DNA of 64,000 nucleotides from Puniceicoccales bacterium (GTDB lineage: Bacteria; Verrucomicrobiota; Verrucomicrobiia; Opitutales; JAIRKQ01): assembly GCA_031269795.1 (NCBI GenBank), contig JAISYR010000004.1, positions 2,458 through 66,457 of the forward strand, written 5' to 3'. The translations under genes were made by a program, and so were the position numbers. Shown piece after piece: positions 37,924 through 47,407 of this stretch (its first letter is position 1; the number at the start of each line of letters is the position of its first letter). Under the pieces are notes generated by a model. The model saw only the letters and a program-made list of their open reading frames with translations, made no database searches and was not told the origin of the DNA.

Positions 37924-39726
37924 ATGAAAGATAGAAGTCAACTCATTGGTTTTACATTGATAGTCTGTGCGTTTATATTGATGTTTAAAAATGCTGCCGA
38001 TCAAGCAAATCAAGCGAAAATCGCTAGCCAGAAAAATGAACAAACGGAAATCGTCCATAATGAGCCTGTAAACATCGAAATTGCTAGGGATTTTGACATT
38101 GGGATAAAGAATTTCGCCGTAGCTGAAAGAAGTGCAGTAACTGAAAAAAGTACAAAGGCTGAAAAATTTTTCACATTGGAAAATGACGTCGTCGATGTCA
38201 CTATTTCAGACCAGGGCGGTACGATAAAATCCACCGCACTAAAAAAATATCGGTCCGTCCAGGATCGGCCGGATGTCGTAGTTTTTAATGATGGTTGCAC
38301 CATGCATGCAATGTCGTTGAGCTCAAGCAATGAACAGTTTGCCAAATTTATTCAGTCCGAACGATTTGACGAGGTTTCGGTAGGGCAACACGACATCATA
38401 CTATCGAAAACTTCCCCTGAAGGCTATGCCATAACCAGGCAATATCGTTTGGTTCCCCAGGACGGCAAAGATTCAGACGGCTATGTCATTGAACATAAAA
38501 TTCACATCGAAAATAACACCAATTCGCCACTAGCTATCGGTAGTTTATCCCTATTCTTGGGTTCCATGCCAGCGACTGAGAGTGATGCCATGGGTGATTA
38601 CCTAAACTTCGGGATGTTTAATGGGAAAAAAGAAAATTTCATAAAACTGCGGGATTTTCAGGCGAGTAAGGGATTTTTTGGGCTTGGGAAAAGGGAAGAA
38701 CGAAAATTTATCTTCAACGATGGGAAAATCTTATGGGGTGCCATAAAAAATCAATTTTTTACGACAATTCTGACACCTGAAGTGGAAGCGGATGGCTATG
38801 TCACATACCCAACTCTTGTCCACGACAAATGCTCAAACAAACAGGAAGAAGGCATAGGAGCTTCCATGATATTCAATGTGGGTACCATCGATGGAGGGAA
38901 AAGTAAAACGCTTTCGTCGAGTATTTATATGGGGCCCAAGGATTTTTCTAGGCTATCAAAATTGGGGAAGGAACAGGACAGGGTGATGCAATTTGGTTTT
39001 TTCGGTTCCATAAGCGAACTTCTCCTGCGGCTGATGCTAGGGATTCATGCAATAATTCCAAATTGGGGATGGACGATCATTGTGCTTACAACAATGGTAA
39101 AACTTTTGCTTTGGCCATTGACAAATGCCCAGGTTAGATCTTCAAAAAAAATGGCAGCCGTCCAAAATCCCCTGAAAATAATCAAAGAGAAGTATAAAAA
39201 TAATCCGCAAAAACTGCAGATGGAAACCCTAAAATTGTTTCGGGAAAATGGGATAAATCCAGCCGCTGGGTGTTTGCCAATCTTCATACAAATCCCAATT
39301 TTCTTTGGGCTCTACTATATGCTCCGCACGGCATCCGATTTGCGTTTTGCACATTTTTTGTGGATAAAAGATCTCTCACTGCCCGATACGGTCGCATTCA
39401 TTGGCCGCTTCCCCGTGAATATTTTACCATTGATCATGGGGGTGACAATGTTTTGGCAGATGCATATGGCACCGATGCCAGCCTCGGATAATTCGCAAAA
39501 ATTAATGTTCAAACTAATGCCGGCCATCTTTTTTCTCTGCTGCTATAGTTTTCCATCCGGGCTGGTATTATATTGGACTGTCCAAAATTTGTTGACGATT
39601 GCTCAGCAATTTGCAACGTCATCTAGCAACAAAATGCAGGTTGAAAGTAACATAAAGATTTCTACGGAGAAACGTAGTTCACGGCTACCGAAACAGAAGA
39701 AGAGGAAGAATAATGTCAGGACATAG
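37924..39726 (+). CDS. yidC: membrane protein insertase YidC
   Basis: Start set at MKDRSQLIGFTLIV (an N-terminal transmembrane segment), because the track ORF start at 37618 runs through the tRNA. Conserved C-terminal core KKMAAVQNPLKIIKEKYKNNPQKLQMETLKLFRENGINPAAGCLPIFIQIPIFFGLY. Confidence 0.92.
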   Translation: MKDRSQLIGFTLIVCAFILMFKNAADQANQAKIASQKNEQTEIVHNEPVNIEIARDFDIGIKNFAVAERSAVTEKSTKAEKFFTLENDVVDVTISDQGGTIKSTALKKYRSVQDRPDVVVFNDGCTMHAMSLSSSNEQFAKFIQSERFDEVSVGQHDIILSKTSPEGYAITRQYRLVPQDGKDSDGYVIEHKIHIENNTNSPLAIGSLSLFLGSMPATESDAMGDYLNFGMFNGKKENFIKLRDFQASKGFFGLGKREERKFIFNDGKILWGAIKNQFFTTILTPEVEADGYVTYPTLVHDKCSNKQEEGIGASMIFNVGTIDGGKSKTLSSSIYMGPKDFSRLSKLGKEQDRVMQFGFFGSISELLLRLMLGIHAIIPNWGWTIIVLTTMVKLLLWPLTNAQVRSSKKMAAVQNPLKIIKEKYKNNPQKLQMETLKLFRENGINPAAGCLPIFIQIPIFFGLYYMLRTASDLRFAHFLWIKDLSLPDTVAFIGRFPVNILPLIMGVTMFWQMHMAPMPASDNSQKLMFKLMPAIFFLCCYSFPSGLVLYWTVQNLLTIAQQFATSSSNKMQVESNIKISTEKRSSRLPKQKKRKNNVRT

Positions 39727-40453
39727 CAAATGGGCAACAACGAAACGGCATAAGGCCGTTATAGATGCAAAGCGTGGGAAAATTTTTAGCACATTGAGTA
39801 AAGATATGTCCCTGGCTGCACGAGATGGTGGTGGTGATATAAATTTCAATGCTAGGCTGAGGGTTATTGTACAAAAGGCTAAGGAAGCTAACATGCCTGC
39901 CGATAATATCAAAAAAGCCATTCAAAAAGGTACGGGGGAATTGCCCGGCATGTCAATTGAAGAGTTGACCTATGAGGGTTATATCGCGGGTGGAATCGGT
40001 GCGGTCATAGAAGTAACCACGGATAACAAAAATCGTGCTGCCAGCGAAATCCGCAGTGTACTGACCAAGGGTGGAGGGAATTTGGCAAGTCCCGGAGCAT
40101 TGATGTTCAATTTCCAAAGAATGGGACAATTTTTCATATCCAAGGAGGCGGTAACGGAAAGTAGGCTGATGGAAATTGTACTGGATGCGGGGGCTGAAGA
40201 TATCAAATCGGACGGCCCAGATTTTGAAGTACTGTGCCCGATTTCATCATACTACACCCTAGCCCAGGCAATAATAGGAGCAAACATCAAGTGTTTGTCA
40301 TCCGAAATTGCATACGTTCCTAGCTCTATCGTACAAATAACGGATGTAGAGTTAGCTTCTAAGGTGTTAAAAACCATTGAAAAATTGGAAGACTTGGATG
40401 ATGTTAAGAGCGTTTTTGCCAATTTCGACATAGACGATTCAATTGAAACTTAA
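39713..40453 (+). CDS. yebC: YebC/PmpR family DNA-binding transcriptional regulator
   Basis: MSGHSKWATTKRHKAVIDAKRGKIF is the hallmark N-terminus. 246 aa. Overlaps the yidC end by 14 nt. Confidence 0.93.
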   Translation: MSGHSKWATTKRHKAVIDAKRGKIFSTLSKDMSLAARDGGGDINFNARLRVIVQKAKEANMPADNIKKAIQKGTGELPGMSIEELTYEGYIAGGIGAVIEVTTDNKNRAASEIRSVLTKGGGNLASPGALMFNFQRMGQFFISKEAVTESRLMEIVLDAGAEDIKSDGPDFEVLCPISSYYTLAQAIIGANIKCLSSEIAYVPSSIVQITDVELASKVLKTIEKLEDLDDVKSVFANFDIDDSIET

Positions 40454-41335
40454 TGGGAGAGTTGAATCGTTTATGTCACTTGGGAGACGAAATTTCGTGT
40501 TGTTTTGCAAAAAAACAAATCTGTTTTTCCCACTAAGGTCGTCCATGGATTCAAATTTGCCGAAATAATTTTTGGCAAAACTTGCGATGGATTCATGTTG
40601 AAAGCTACCTGTTTCCAGTGCTAGTACACCATCCTTTGCCAAGGATCTTCCGGTTGTGCTGATGATTTTAAAAATATCGGCCAGCCCATTGTTTTTGGCT
40701 ACTAATGCGCATTTTGGTTCAAACTTTTTTATTTCATCCTGGACATTTTCAAACTCTTTATCGGTCAAATAGGGAGGGTTCGAAATAATCATATCAAATA
40801 TCCCATCAACATTCTCTAGCCAGTCGCTAACCATAAACCTAATGTTGGCCATCCTATTCCTTATGGCATTTTTTTGAGCCGTCAAAAGTGCATTTTGGCT
40901 TGTATCGACAGCCAAAACATTTGCTTTTGGGAAATGTTTCGCCAGGGCCAGCCCGATTGCACCACTACCAGTCCCTAGATCTAAAATTGATCCGATTGGT
41001 CTATTTCCAAAACGTGAAATGATTATGTCTACGAGTTCTTCCGTTTCGTGCCTTGGTATTAGAACATTTCTGTCAACTGCGATGGATAAACCATGAAAAT
41101 CAACTTCGCCGACGATATATTGCAGTGGTTCACGACTCCCTCGCCTGGATACCATATGTTGAAATTGGGACAGCAGATGTCCTTCCATATTATCATTGAG
41201 ATGTAGGTAGAGGGACAACCGATTGTACCTGAGCAGTTGCGATAGCAACAGCTCGGCATCTAACCTGGCGGCTAGGATCCCCTTGCTTTTTAAAAAGTGC
41301 TCCGATTGCGTGAGAATCTCTATTAGCGATGGCAT
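40439..41335 (-). CDS. prmC: peptide chain release factor N5-glutamine methyltransferase
   Basis: SAM motif LDLGTGSGAIG and catalytic ISNPPYL. Start set at MPSLIEIL (41335), because the longer track ORF overlaps pssA. Confidence 0.88.
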   Translation of the reverse strand: MPSLIEILTQSEHFLKSKGILAARLDAELLLSQLLRYNRLSLYLHLNDNMEGHLLSQFQHMVSRRGSREPLQYIVGEVDFHGLSIAVDRNVLIPRHETEELVDIIISRFGNRPIGSILDLGTGSGAIGLALAKHFPKANVLAVDTSQNALLTAQKNAIRNRMANIRFMVSDWLENVDGIFDMIISNPPYLTDKEFENVQDEIKKFEPKCALVAKNNGLADIFKIISTTGRSLAKDGVLALETGSFQHESIASFAKNYFGKFESMDDLSGKNRFVFLQNNTKFRLPSDINDSTLPLSFN

Positions 41336-42147
41336 TTGGCTCGTAGCATACGTTTTCGCCTCGCAACATGCCTGCCTATTCCCCAAAATACATACCCCAA
41401 GAATATGGCGGCCAGTGCGACATCGCGCAATAATACGACGAGCGACAATACCGTCATTGTGATTAAAAACGTTCCCCATTTGGTTTGCGTATTCCAATCG
41501 ACCTTTTTAAAACTTGGATAATAGATATTACTGACCATCAGCCAGGCAATCAGCAGCATCAACGGAGGCAACATCAGGGACCACGACTTTAGGTCATATT
41601 CGTTGAGTATCAGCACAAGGGAAACGATAACCCCAGCGGCAGCGGGAACGGGTAATCCCAGAAAATCATAGTTGTTTTTTTCCTGCTCAGCTTTTGGGAG
41701 CAGAGGATGTGTTATCACATTAAATCTTGCCAACCGTACACTGGCACACAGCAAGTACAGGGACCCAAAAACCCAGCCAACCTGTCGGAAAAATGGAAAT
41801 TGTTCCGTCGGTGACAATATCATCAGAAATACCATAAGGGCAGGTGCCACCCCGAATGATACCACATCGGCTATGGAATCAAATTCTTTCCCAAAAAGAG
41901 ATTCCTTGCCACCCAATCTGGCAATTCTCCCGTCCAACAAATCACATATTCCTGAGAGAAACACAAACCAAACGGCTTGCGTATAGTATGCCGTCGACAT
42001 TGTTTCCGAAACTGAACAATAGCGTGCCTGCATGGAACGAATTATGGACAAAAACCCAAAAAACAAATTTGACGCTGTGAACAGGCATGGTAGCAAATAA
42101 ATTTTACTAGCATCTGCCAAACTTATACTTTCACCTTTTACTTTCAC
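41323..42147 (-). CDS. pssA: CDP-diacylglycerol--serine O-phosphatidyltransferase
   Basis: CDP-alcohol phosphatidyltransferase motif DLLDGRIARLGGKESLFGKEFDSIADVV (DGxxAR...GxxxDxxxD). Polytopic membrane protein. Confidence 0.9.
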   Translation of the reverse strand: MKVKGESISLADASKIYLLPCLFTASNLFFGFLSIIRSMQARYCSVSETMSTAYYTQAVWFVFLSGICDLLDGRIARLGGKESLFGKEFDSIADVVSFGVAPALMVFLMILSPTEQFPFFRQVGWVFGSLYLLCASVRLARFNVITHPLLPKAEQEKNNYDFLGLPVPAAAGVIVSLVLILNEYDLKSWSLMLPPLMLLIAWLMVSNIYYPSFKKVDWNTQTKWGTFLITMTVLSLVVLLRDVALAAIFLGYVFWGIGRHVARRKRMLRAKCHR

Positions 42148-42323
42148 TGAAGCATATCTAATAAAAACCTACCACGCTGCAAGTTAGAATACCTATAAAA
42201 ATACTCCGTCTGCCATTTTTTATCGATTCTTACCACAAACACCATAAAATGAACAGGTGAATCGTTGAAAAATTCCAAAACCAACCCTAATATTTACGAC
42301 AATTTCACAACCGAGATGGCCCC

Positions 42324-42887
42324 CTATCGTATTGTGCGGATTACAATATCACAGCGCCTATCAAGCGCGCTATCTTCTTTGTGTTGAACATTTTTATTTG
42401 CTTTGGTTGAGCCGAGTGAAGCAGTAATGATTCTATTTTCGTTAATTCCCAGTGACACGAAAATATCCTGGACAGCCTCCGCACGCCGTTTCCCAAGTGC
42501 GTTATTGTAGAGCTCTTTTCCAAATCTATCGCAGTTCCCAACGACTAGCACACAAAGTGTTTTATCTTTCGTGAAGACTTTGGCTATTTCAGTTATTTTG
42601 ATCAGTTCAACTTTTGAAATTTTTGAACTGTCGAAGTTGAAATACACGGACTCGAGTACATCCGCCGATGTGTAATTATACGCTGTTTTTTGAGCATCAA
42701 ACCCATGGGCGACGAAATTATCTCCTTCCCCATCATCTTTGCTTATAAAATATTCGTCTGAACAATTCTTTTCTGTTACTATCGTGTCCTGGGGAGACAA
42801 AGACTCATTTGTAGAAAAGTCAAGGGAAGAACACCCCGCAAGGGCAAAAATTAAGCCCAATGTACAAACATACCTCATATTCAACAT
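42324..42887 (-). CDS. pal: OmpA-family peptidoglycan-associated lipoprotein (Pal-like)
   Basis: Lipobox LIFALAGCSS. C-terminal OmpA-like domain (VVGNCDRFGKELYNNALGKRRAEAV...RCDIV). Confidence 0.85.
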   Translation of the reverse strand: MLNMRYVCTLGLIFALAGCSSLDFSTNESLSPQDTIVTEKNCSDEYFISKDDGEGDNFVAHGFDAQKTAYNYTSADVLESVYFNFDSSKISKVELIKITEIAKVFTKDKTLCVLVVGNCDRFGKELYNNALGKRRAEAVQDIFVSLGINENRIITASLGSTKANKNVQHKEDSALDRRCDIVIRTIR

Positions 42888-42984
42888 AAACGGAGACGAT
42901 GTTATTGCTCATTGTATCATGTCAACTATAATTATCTTATTCGTTGATTTTTCGCGAAAATTTTATTCCTTAGCCGCAAATATA

Positions 42985-45222
42985 ATGCAACTACAGGATC
43001 GATTACAGCGTGATTTTTTTGCCGAAGAAATTACCAAAAATTTTTCCGTAATTGCATCCGCTGGGGCCGGGAAAACGACAGCCATTACTGAAAGGATTGC
43101 AAACCTTGCCATGGAAGATTTGTATGCGGTCCCCCGAGGGGCATCGCGGATAAAAAGATTGGTCGCTGTTACGTACACGGAGAAAGCGGCAAAGGAAATC
43201 AAAGATCGCGTTTTTCATAAAATTTTCCAAAAAACTGAGCATTCGTATCAAATACGGGAACTCTGCATACAGCATCTGGAATCAGCATTTTTTGGTACCA
43301 TCCATGCGTTTGCTTCAAAATTTTTAAAATCCCATTGTGTCCTGGTTGGTTTGCGCAACGATTTTCAAATTGTCTCTAACGAAGAATCTCTCTGGGAGGA
43401 ATTTATAGTTTCCATGGGAAACGTGCTGAAAGTTATCCCGCAAAGCATGGTCAACGATTTTGTGTGTACCCATGACGTTGATAAATTGTTGGTACATGCT
43501 CGAAGTCATAATCCTGAAGCCCCGTCTAATTCAATGGACATTACTCCCGTGCCGACCATCAACGTTGACAATATTTTAGCCTATAGCCCCAAAGGTAATG
43601 AGAGCAAAAGTGCACACTTTCTTCACCTGCTACGGGAATGGGATCTTTTCCGAAAAAACGGTGACTATTTTCCCATGCCGGATTGTGCTGAAATTTGTAA
43701 CAGTCACAGCCTAGTCGAATTATTCCAATCAGAATTGAAAGATTTTCTCCATTGGAAACAAAATTCTGAAAAGTTTTTCACCACGAATATTGCTCGCCTA
43801 TATGAGGATTTTCGCATTGCGAAAGGACAATTAAAGTATGAAGATTTGATCAATTTATCCTTGGATCTTCTCAAACATTCAATGGTAATAGGAGAAATAG
43901 AAAACGATCCCTACCGTGTGATTTTAGATGAAGCACAGGATACCGATAGGTGGCAATTTAGGTTGCTTCTTGGCATCTCGCAAAGAAATCTCCGCGAAGG
44001 GATTTCAATGGACATATTGAAAAACTTTCCCGAACATGGTCATTTTTCAATGGTAGGTGACCCCCAACAATCCATCTACTGTAGCCGAGCAGATATCAAT
44101 ACCTACGTGGCTCTACATAATTTGCTGGTAGAATCCAGTGCTGCCCATGAGTTGACATTTTTCGTTACCATGCGATGTTCCGAGGCAATAGCAAATTTTG
44201 TGAATGATAGATTTCAGACCATTTGCAATGGCATAAAATTAGTTCCACTGGTTCCTAGACCCGATAGCCAACCAGGGGACGTTAAAATTCTAAAATTACG
44301 CAAGCAAACGGGGGAAAACATCCAGTCATCGGCATCCCAAACGGCAACGCTTTTCCTGGGGAAAACGCCTGGGGATTTTGAAGTGGAAGATTGGTCGGAT
44401 ATTGCCATTTTAGCCCCTCGCAAGGATTGGTTGGCGGATATTTCCCAGCACTTCATTGCCAACAAGGATCTTCCGGGTGTCCAACTACATTTCGACGGTA
44501 CCAATGGCAATGGTGCTTCTCCCATTCGTTGGCTGGCATCCTGTTTGAGATACATAAATAACCCCGCCGATCGACGGGAATTCGCGGGAATTTTGCGGGA
44601 AATTTTCGGCATCAAAAGCCAAGAAATTATAAACTATTTCAGGCACAATAATAGCCAAGTATGCGCGAAGATCGATGCCGAGTTTACTATTATGCGCAGT
44701 GAAAGATATAATGCTCCATTGGCGAAATTTTTATTAAAGATTTTAGATCGGTTCAAAATTTTCCACCGCATTTCTTCCCTTAACATTTTCACCGAAAAAA
44801 ATTTGTTGGCCAAAATAAAACAAACGGTCGAGTTGTGCTATTTCGCCGAATCACAGCGGATGAATATCATAGAAACAGAACAATTTTTAACGGATAAAAT
44901 CGACACATTAAAAGAGTCAGACAGTATCGATACCTCCGCCATACAATTTGTGACGTTTCACAAAAGCAAAGGTTTGGAATGGCCAGTGGTTATATTGCCA
45001 TTTATGTACCGCAAACGGCAACTTAAAAGCGACGTTGAAACAAAATCGTTACCCAAGGAACAACATTTTATGGAATTATATGCCAATGAATGTCGCCTCC
45101 TGTATGTAGCTTGCACACGCGCCAAAAATAAACTATTAATATTGGATGATTCCGAAATATTTGACGAAAAAGTATTGTCCCACATGGTTTCATCCGGAAA
45201 AATTTTACTGAAAACCAATTGA
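42985..45222 (+). CDS. UvrD/Rep/AddA-family superfamily 1 DNA helicase
   Basis: Motifs ASAGAGKTT (Walker A), ILDEAQDTD (motif II), MVGDPQQSIY (III), TFHKSKGLEWPVVILP (V) and ECRLLYVACTRAKNKLLIL (VI). Start set at MQLQDRL (42985) to avoid overlap with pal. Confidence 0.85.
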   Translation: MQLQDRLQRDFFAEEITKNFSVIASAGAGKTTAITERIANLAMEDLYAVPRGASRIKRLVAVTYTEKAAKEIKDRVFHKIFQKTEHSYQIRELCIQHLESAFFGTIHAFASKFLKSHCVLVGLRNDFQIVSNEESLWEEFIVSMGNVLKVIPQSMVNDFVCTHDVDKLLVHARSHNPEAPSNSMDITPVPTINVDNILAYSPKGNESKSAHFLHLLREWDLFRKNGDYFPMPDCAEICNSHSLVELFQSELKDFLHWKQNSEKFFTTNIARLYEDFRIAKGQLKYEDLINLSLDLLKHSMVIGEIENDPYRVILDEAQDTDRWQFRLLLGISQRNLREGISMDILKNFPEHGHFSMVGDPQQSIYCSRADINTYVALHNLLVESSAAHELTFFVTMRCSEAIANFVNDRFQTICNGIKLVPLVPRPDSQPGDVKILKLRKQTGENIQSSASQTATLFLGKTPGDFEVEDWSDIAILAPRKDWLADISQHFIANKDLPGVQLHFDGTNGNGASPIRWLASCLRYINNPADRREFAGILREIFGIKSQEIINYFRHNNSQVCAKIDAEFTIMRSERYNAPLAKFLLKILDRFKIFHRISSLNIFTEKNLLAKIKQTVELCYFAESQRMNIIETEQFLTDKIDTLKESDSIDTSAIQFVTFHKSKGLEWPVVILPFMYRKRQLKSDVETKSLPKEQHFMELYANECRLLYVACTRAKNKLLILDDSEIFDEKVLSHMVSSGKILLKTN

Positions 45223-45294
45223 AATGTTTTACCGTGATGGAGTATGCATTTTTCAAGAAAAACAGCACGAATTTGATTCACACGAAAGACGGGT

Positions 45295-46437
45295 ATGATT
45301 ACGGTCAAGGGCATGCATAACACGGCGGTAGTGTACACAAAAACATTGGATGAAAATTGCGAAAATCAAATTCGACAGTACTTGGACCACCCACTGTTTG
45401 CAAACACAACCGTGCGAATCATGCCGGATGTTCACTTTGGCCAGGGTACGACGGTAGGATTTACGGCCACATGCAATGAATATGTCGTCCCTTCCATTGT
45501 TGGTGTGGACATAGGTTGTGGGGTAAATGCCTATGATCTCGGGAAGGGCAGTGTGGCGTTTGATAAACTAGACAGGTATGTCAGAAAACGCATACCTGCT
45601 GGTAAGGCGGTTAATCCATCGCCACACCGTATGTTGGAACAGGCCTATGAATACGTCACCGATGGTGAAGTAAGTTTTGTTGAATTTAGAGAAAAAATTT
45701 ACGAACTTTCGAAAAAACTTATGCTCCCAGCAACACGCATATTTGCAGGGTTGGGCACGTTGGGTGGAGGTAACCATTTCATAGAGATCGATAGGGATGA
45801 AAACGGTTGTCGCTGGCTCCTGATTCACACGGGGAGCCGCAATTTGGGGGCAAATGTTGCCAAATATCACCAACAAATTGCCGCCAAAAGGAGTGAGGAC
45901 AGCACAATTAAATTTTTATCCGGTATGGCAGCTGACGACTACATCGTCGACATGATCACGGTACAGCTTTATGCTCGGGTAAATCGTGCGTTGATCGCAT
46001 TCCAAATTGGATGCGATTTTCTGAAAACTGCCTATGACAAGTTGCAAGCCATAGAGAGTATTCACAACTACATCGATTTTGAACACAAAATAATTCGCAA
46101 GGGGGCCATATCAGCCCAAAAAGGAGAACGGCTGGTGGTTCCATTTTCCATGGCAGACGGTGCAATAATTGGAACCGGCAAAGGAAATTCCGAGTGGAAT
46201 TACTCGGCTCCCCATGGTAGCGGCCGTAAGATGTCCCGTTCCAAAGCAATGGAATTATCGCTGGATGAATATCGAAGGCGCATGGCAAATGTTTGGTCGA
46301 GTTGCATTGGAGAAAATACCATCGACGAAAGCCCCATGGCCTATAAGCACACAAAGGATGTTCTCGCGTTGGTGGGCGATACCCTGGAAGTTTCGCATCG
46401 CCTAACGCCGATCTATAATTTCAAATCGGAGACATAA
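45295..46437 (+). CDS. rtcB: RNA-splicing ligase RtcB (3'-phosphate/5'-hydroxyl RNA ligase)
   Basis: 380 aa. Metal and GTP-site motifs IMPDVHFGQG, GGGNHFIE and APHGSGRKMSR (His-GMP nucleophile context), plus a C-terminal PMAYK. Confidence 0.9.
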   Translation: MITVKGMHNTAVVYTKTLDENCENQIRQYLDHPLFANTTVRIMPDVHFGQGTTVGFTATCNEYVVPSIVGVDIGCGVNAYDLGKGSVAFDKLDRYVRKRIPAGKAVNPSPHRMLEQAYEYVTDGEVSFVEFREKIYELSKKLMLPATRIFAGLGTLGGGNHFIEIDRDENGCRWLLIHTGSRNLGANVAKYHQQIAAKRSEDSTIKFLSGMAADDYIVDMITVQLYARVNRALIAFQIGCDFLKTAYDKLQAIESIHNYIDFEHKIIRKGAISAQKGERLVVPFSMADGAIIGTGKGNSEWNYSAPHGSGRKMSRSKAMELSLDEYRRRMANVWSSCIGENTIDESPMAYKHTKDVLALVGDTLEVSHRLTPIYNFKSET

Positions 46438-46562
46438 TCGGAAATCTACTGGGTAATAAATTTAGAAAATATACTGTTGTCGTTCCCTTTTCTTTCTGAC
46501 GACTATCACTTCCCCACGGAGATATTTGGTGGGTGGTATTTTTGAATAGCCCTGGAGGGAAA

Positions 46563-47381
46563 TTATATCTTCGCCGGCAGGTGTTTTACGGCCTTCCAAA
46601 GGTATAGGCAATCGGAAATTATTTGAGAGAAATCTTTGAGAGCAATTTGATTAGCCGCATCGCAGGTGGCCTTTGCTGGCTCGGGATGTATTTCAAAAAA
46701 TAAACCGTCCGCACCACTTGCCAATGCTGCCTTTGCCAGAGTAGGAACGAAGGTTCTATCTCCGCCTGTACCATTTTGGTCCGCACCAGGCAATTGTACG
46801 CTATGCGTGGCATCGAAAATCGTTGGGTACCCATTCGACTTCATAATCGTGAACGAACGCATGTCAACAACAAGGTTATTATATCCGAAGGTTGTCCCCC
46901 GCTCAATCTGCCAAATTTCCTGGGCTTTCGACTCTTTGAGCTTACCCACGACATGCTTCATTTCATGGGGGGAAAGAAATTGTCCCTTTTTAATGGAGAC
47001 TATTCTCTTAGTCCTAGCAGCTGCCGTTAAAATATCCGTCTGCCTACATAAAAATGCAGGGATCTGTAACACGTCACAAACTTCTGCCACAGGAGCTGCC
47101 TGTTCCGGCAGGTGAATATCAGTGGTAACGGGCAGGCCATAGCGATTTTTGACTTCGCCAAGGAGCCTAAGCCCTTCCTTGAGACCCACTCCCCGCTCAC
47201 TGTAAATCGACGTTCTGTTTGCCTTATCAAAGGATCCTTTGAACACGATTTTGAGGTCTGGGAATTTATTCCGCAATGCTACAAGACATTTGGCAGCGGA
47301 AAATGTTACATCCTCATTCTCTAGGGAACAGGGACCCGCTATTAGCAACAATTTGTTTTCTTCAAAAAACATCGACGACAC
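46563..47381 (-). CDS. kdsA: 3-deoxy-8-phosphooctulonate (KDO-8-P) synthase
   Basis: 272 aa. LIAGPCS..E, FKGSFDKANRTS and DATHSVQLPG motifs of KdsA. Confidence 0.93.
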   Translation of the reverse strand: MSSMFFEENKLLLIAGPCSLENEDVTFSAAKCLVALRNKFPDLKIVFKGSFDKANRTSIYSERGVGLKEGLRLLGEVKNRYGLPVTTDIHLPEQAAPVAEVCDVLQIPAFLCRQTDILTAAARTKRIVSIKKGQFLSPHEMKHVVGKLKESKAQEIWQIERGTTFGYNNLVVDMRSFTIMKSNGYPTIFDATHSVQLPGADQNGTGGDRTFVPTLAKAALASGADGLFFEIHPEPAKATCDAANQIALKDFSQIISDCLYLWKAVKHLPAKI

Positions 47382-47407
47382 CGAGATTGAAAAATTTCAA
47401 CAACGAA

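Noticed and set aside
41336-41497. Longer start for prmC (track ORF 40439-41497). Likewise, the longer start for the helicase (42739-42984) overlaps pal.
   Set aside because: The extensions overlap the 3' end of pssA by about 175 nt and most of the pal 5' region, respectively. They encode implausible Cys/Arg-rich or out-of-context peptides. Internal Met codons give canonical N-termini.
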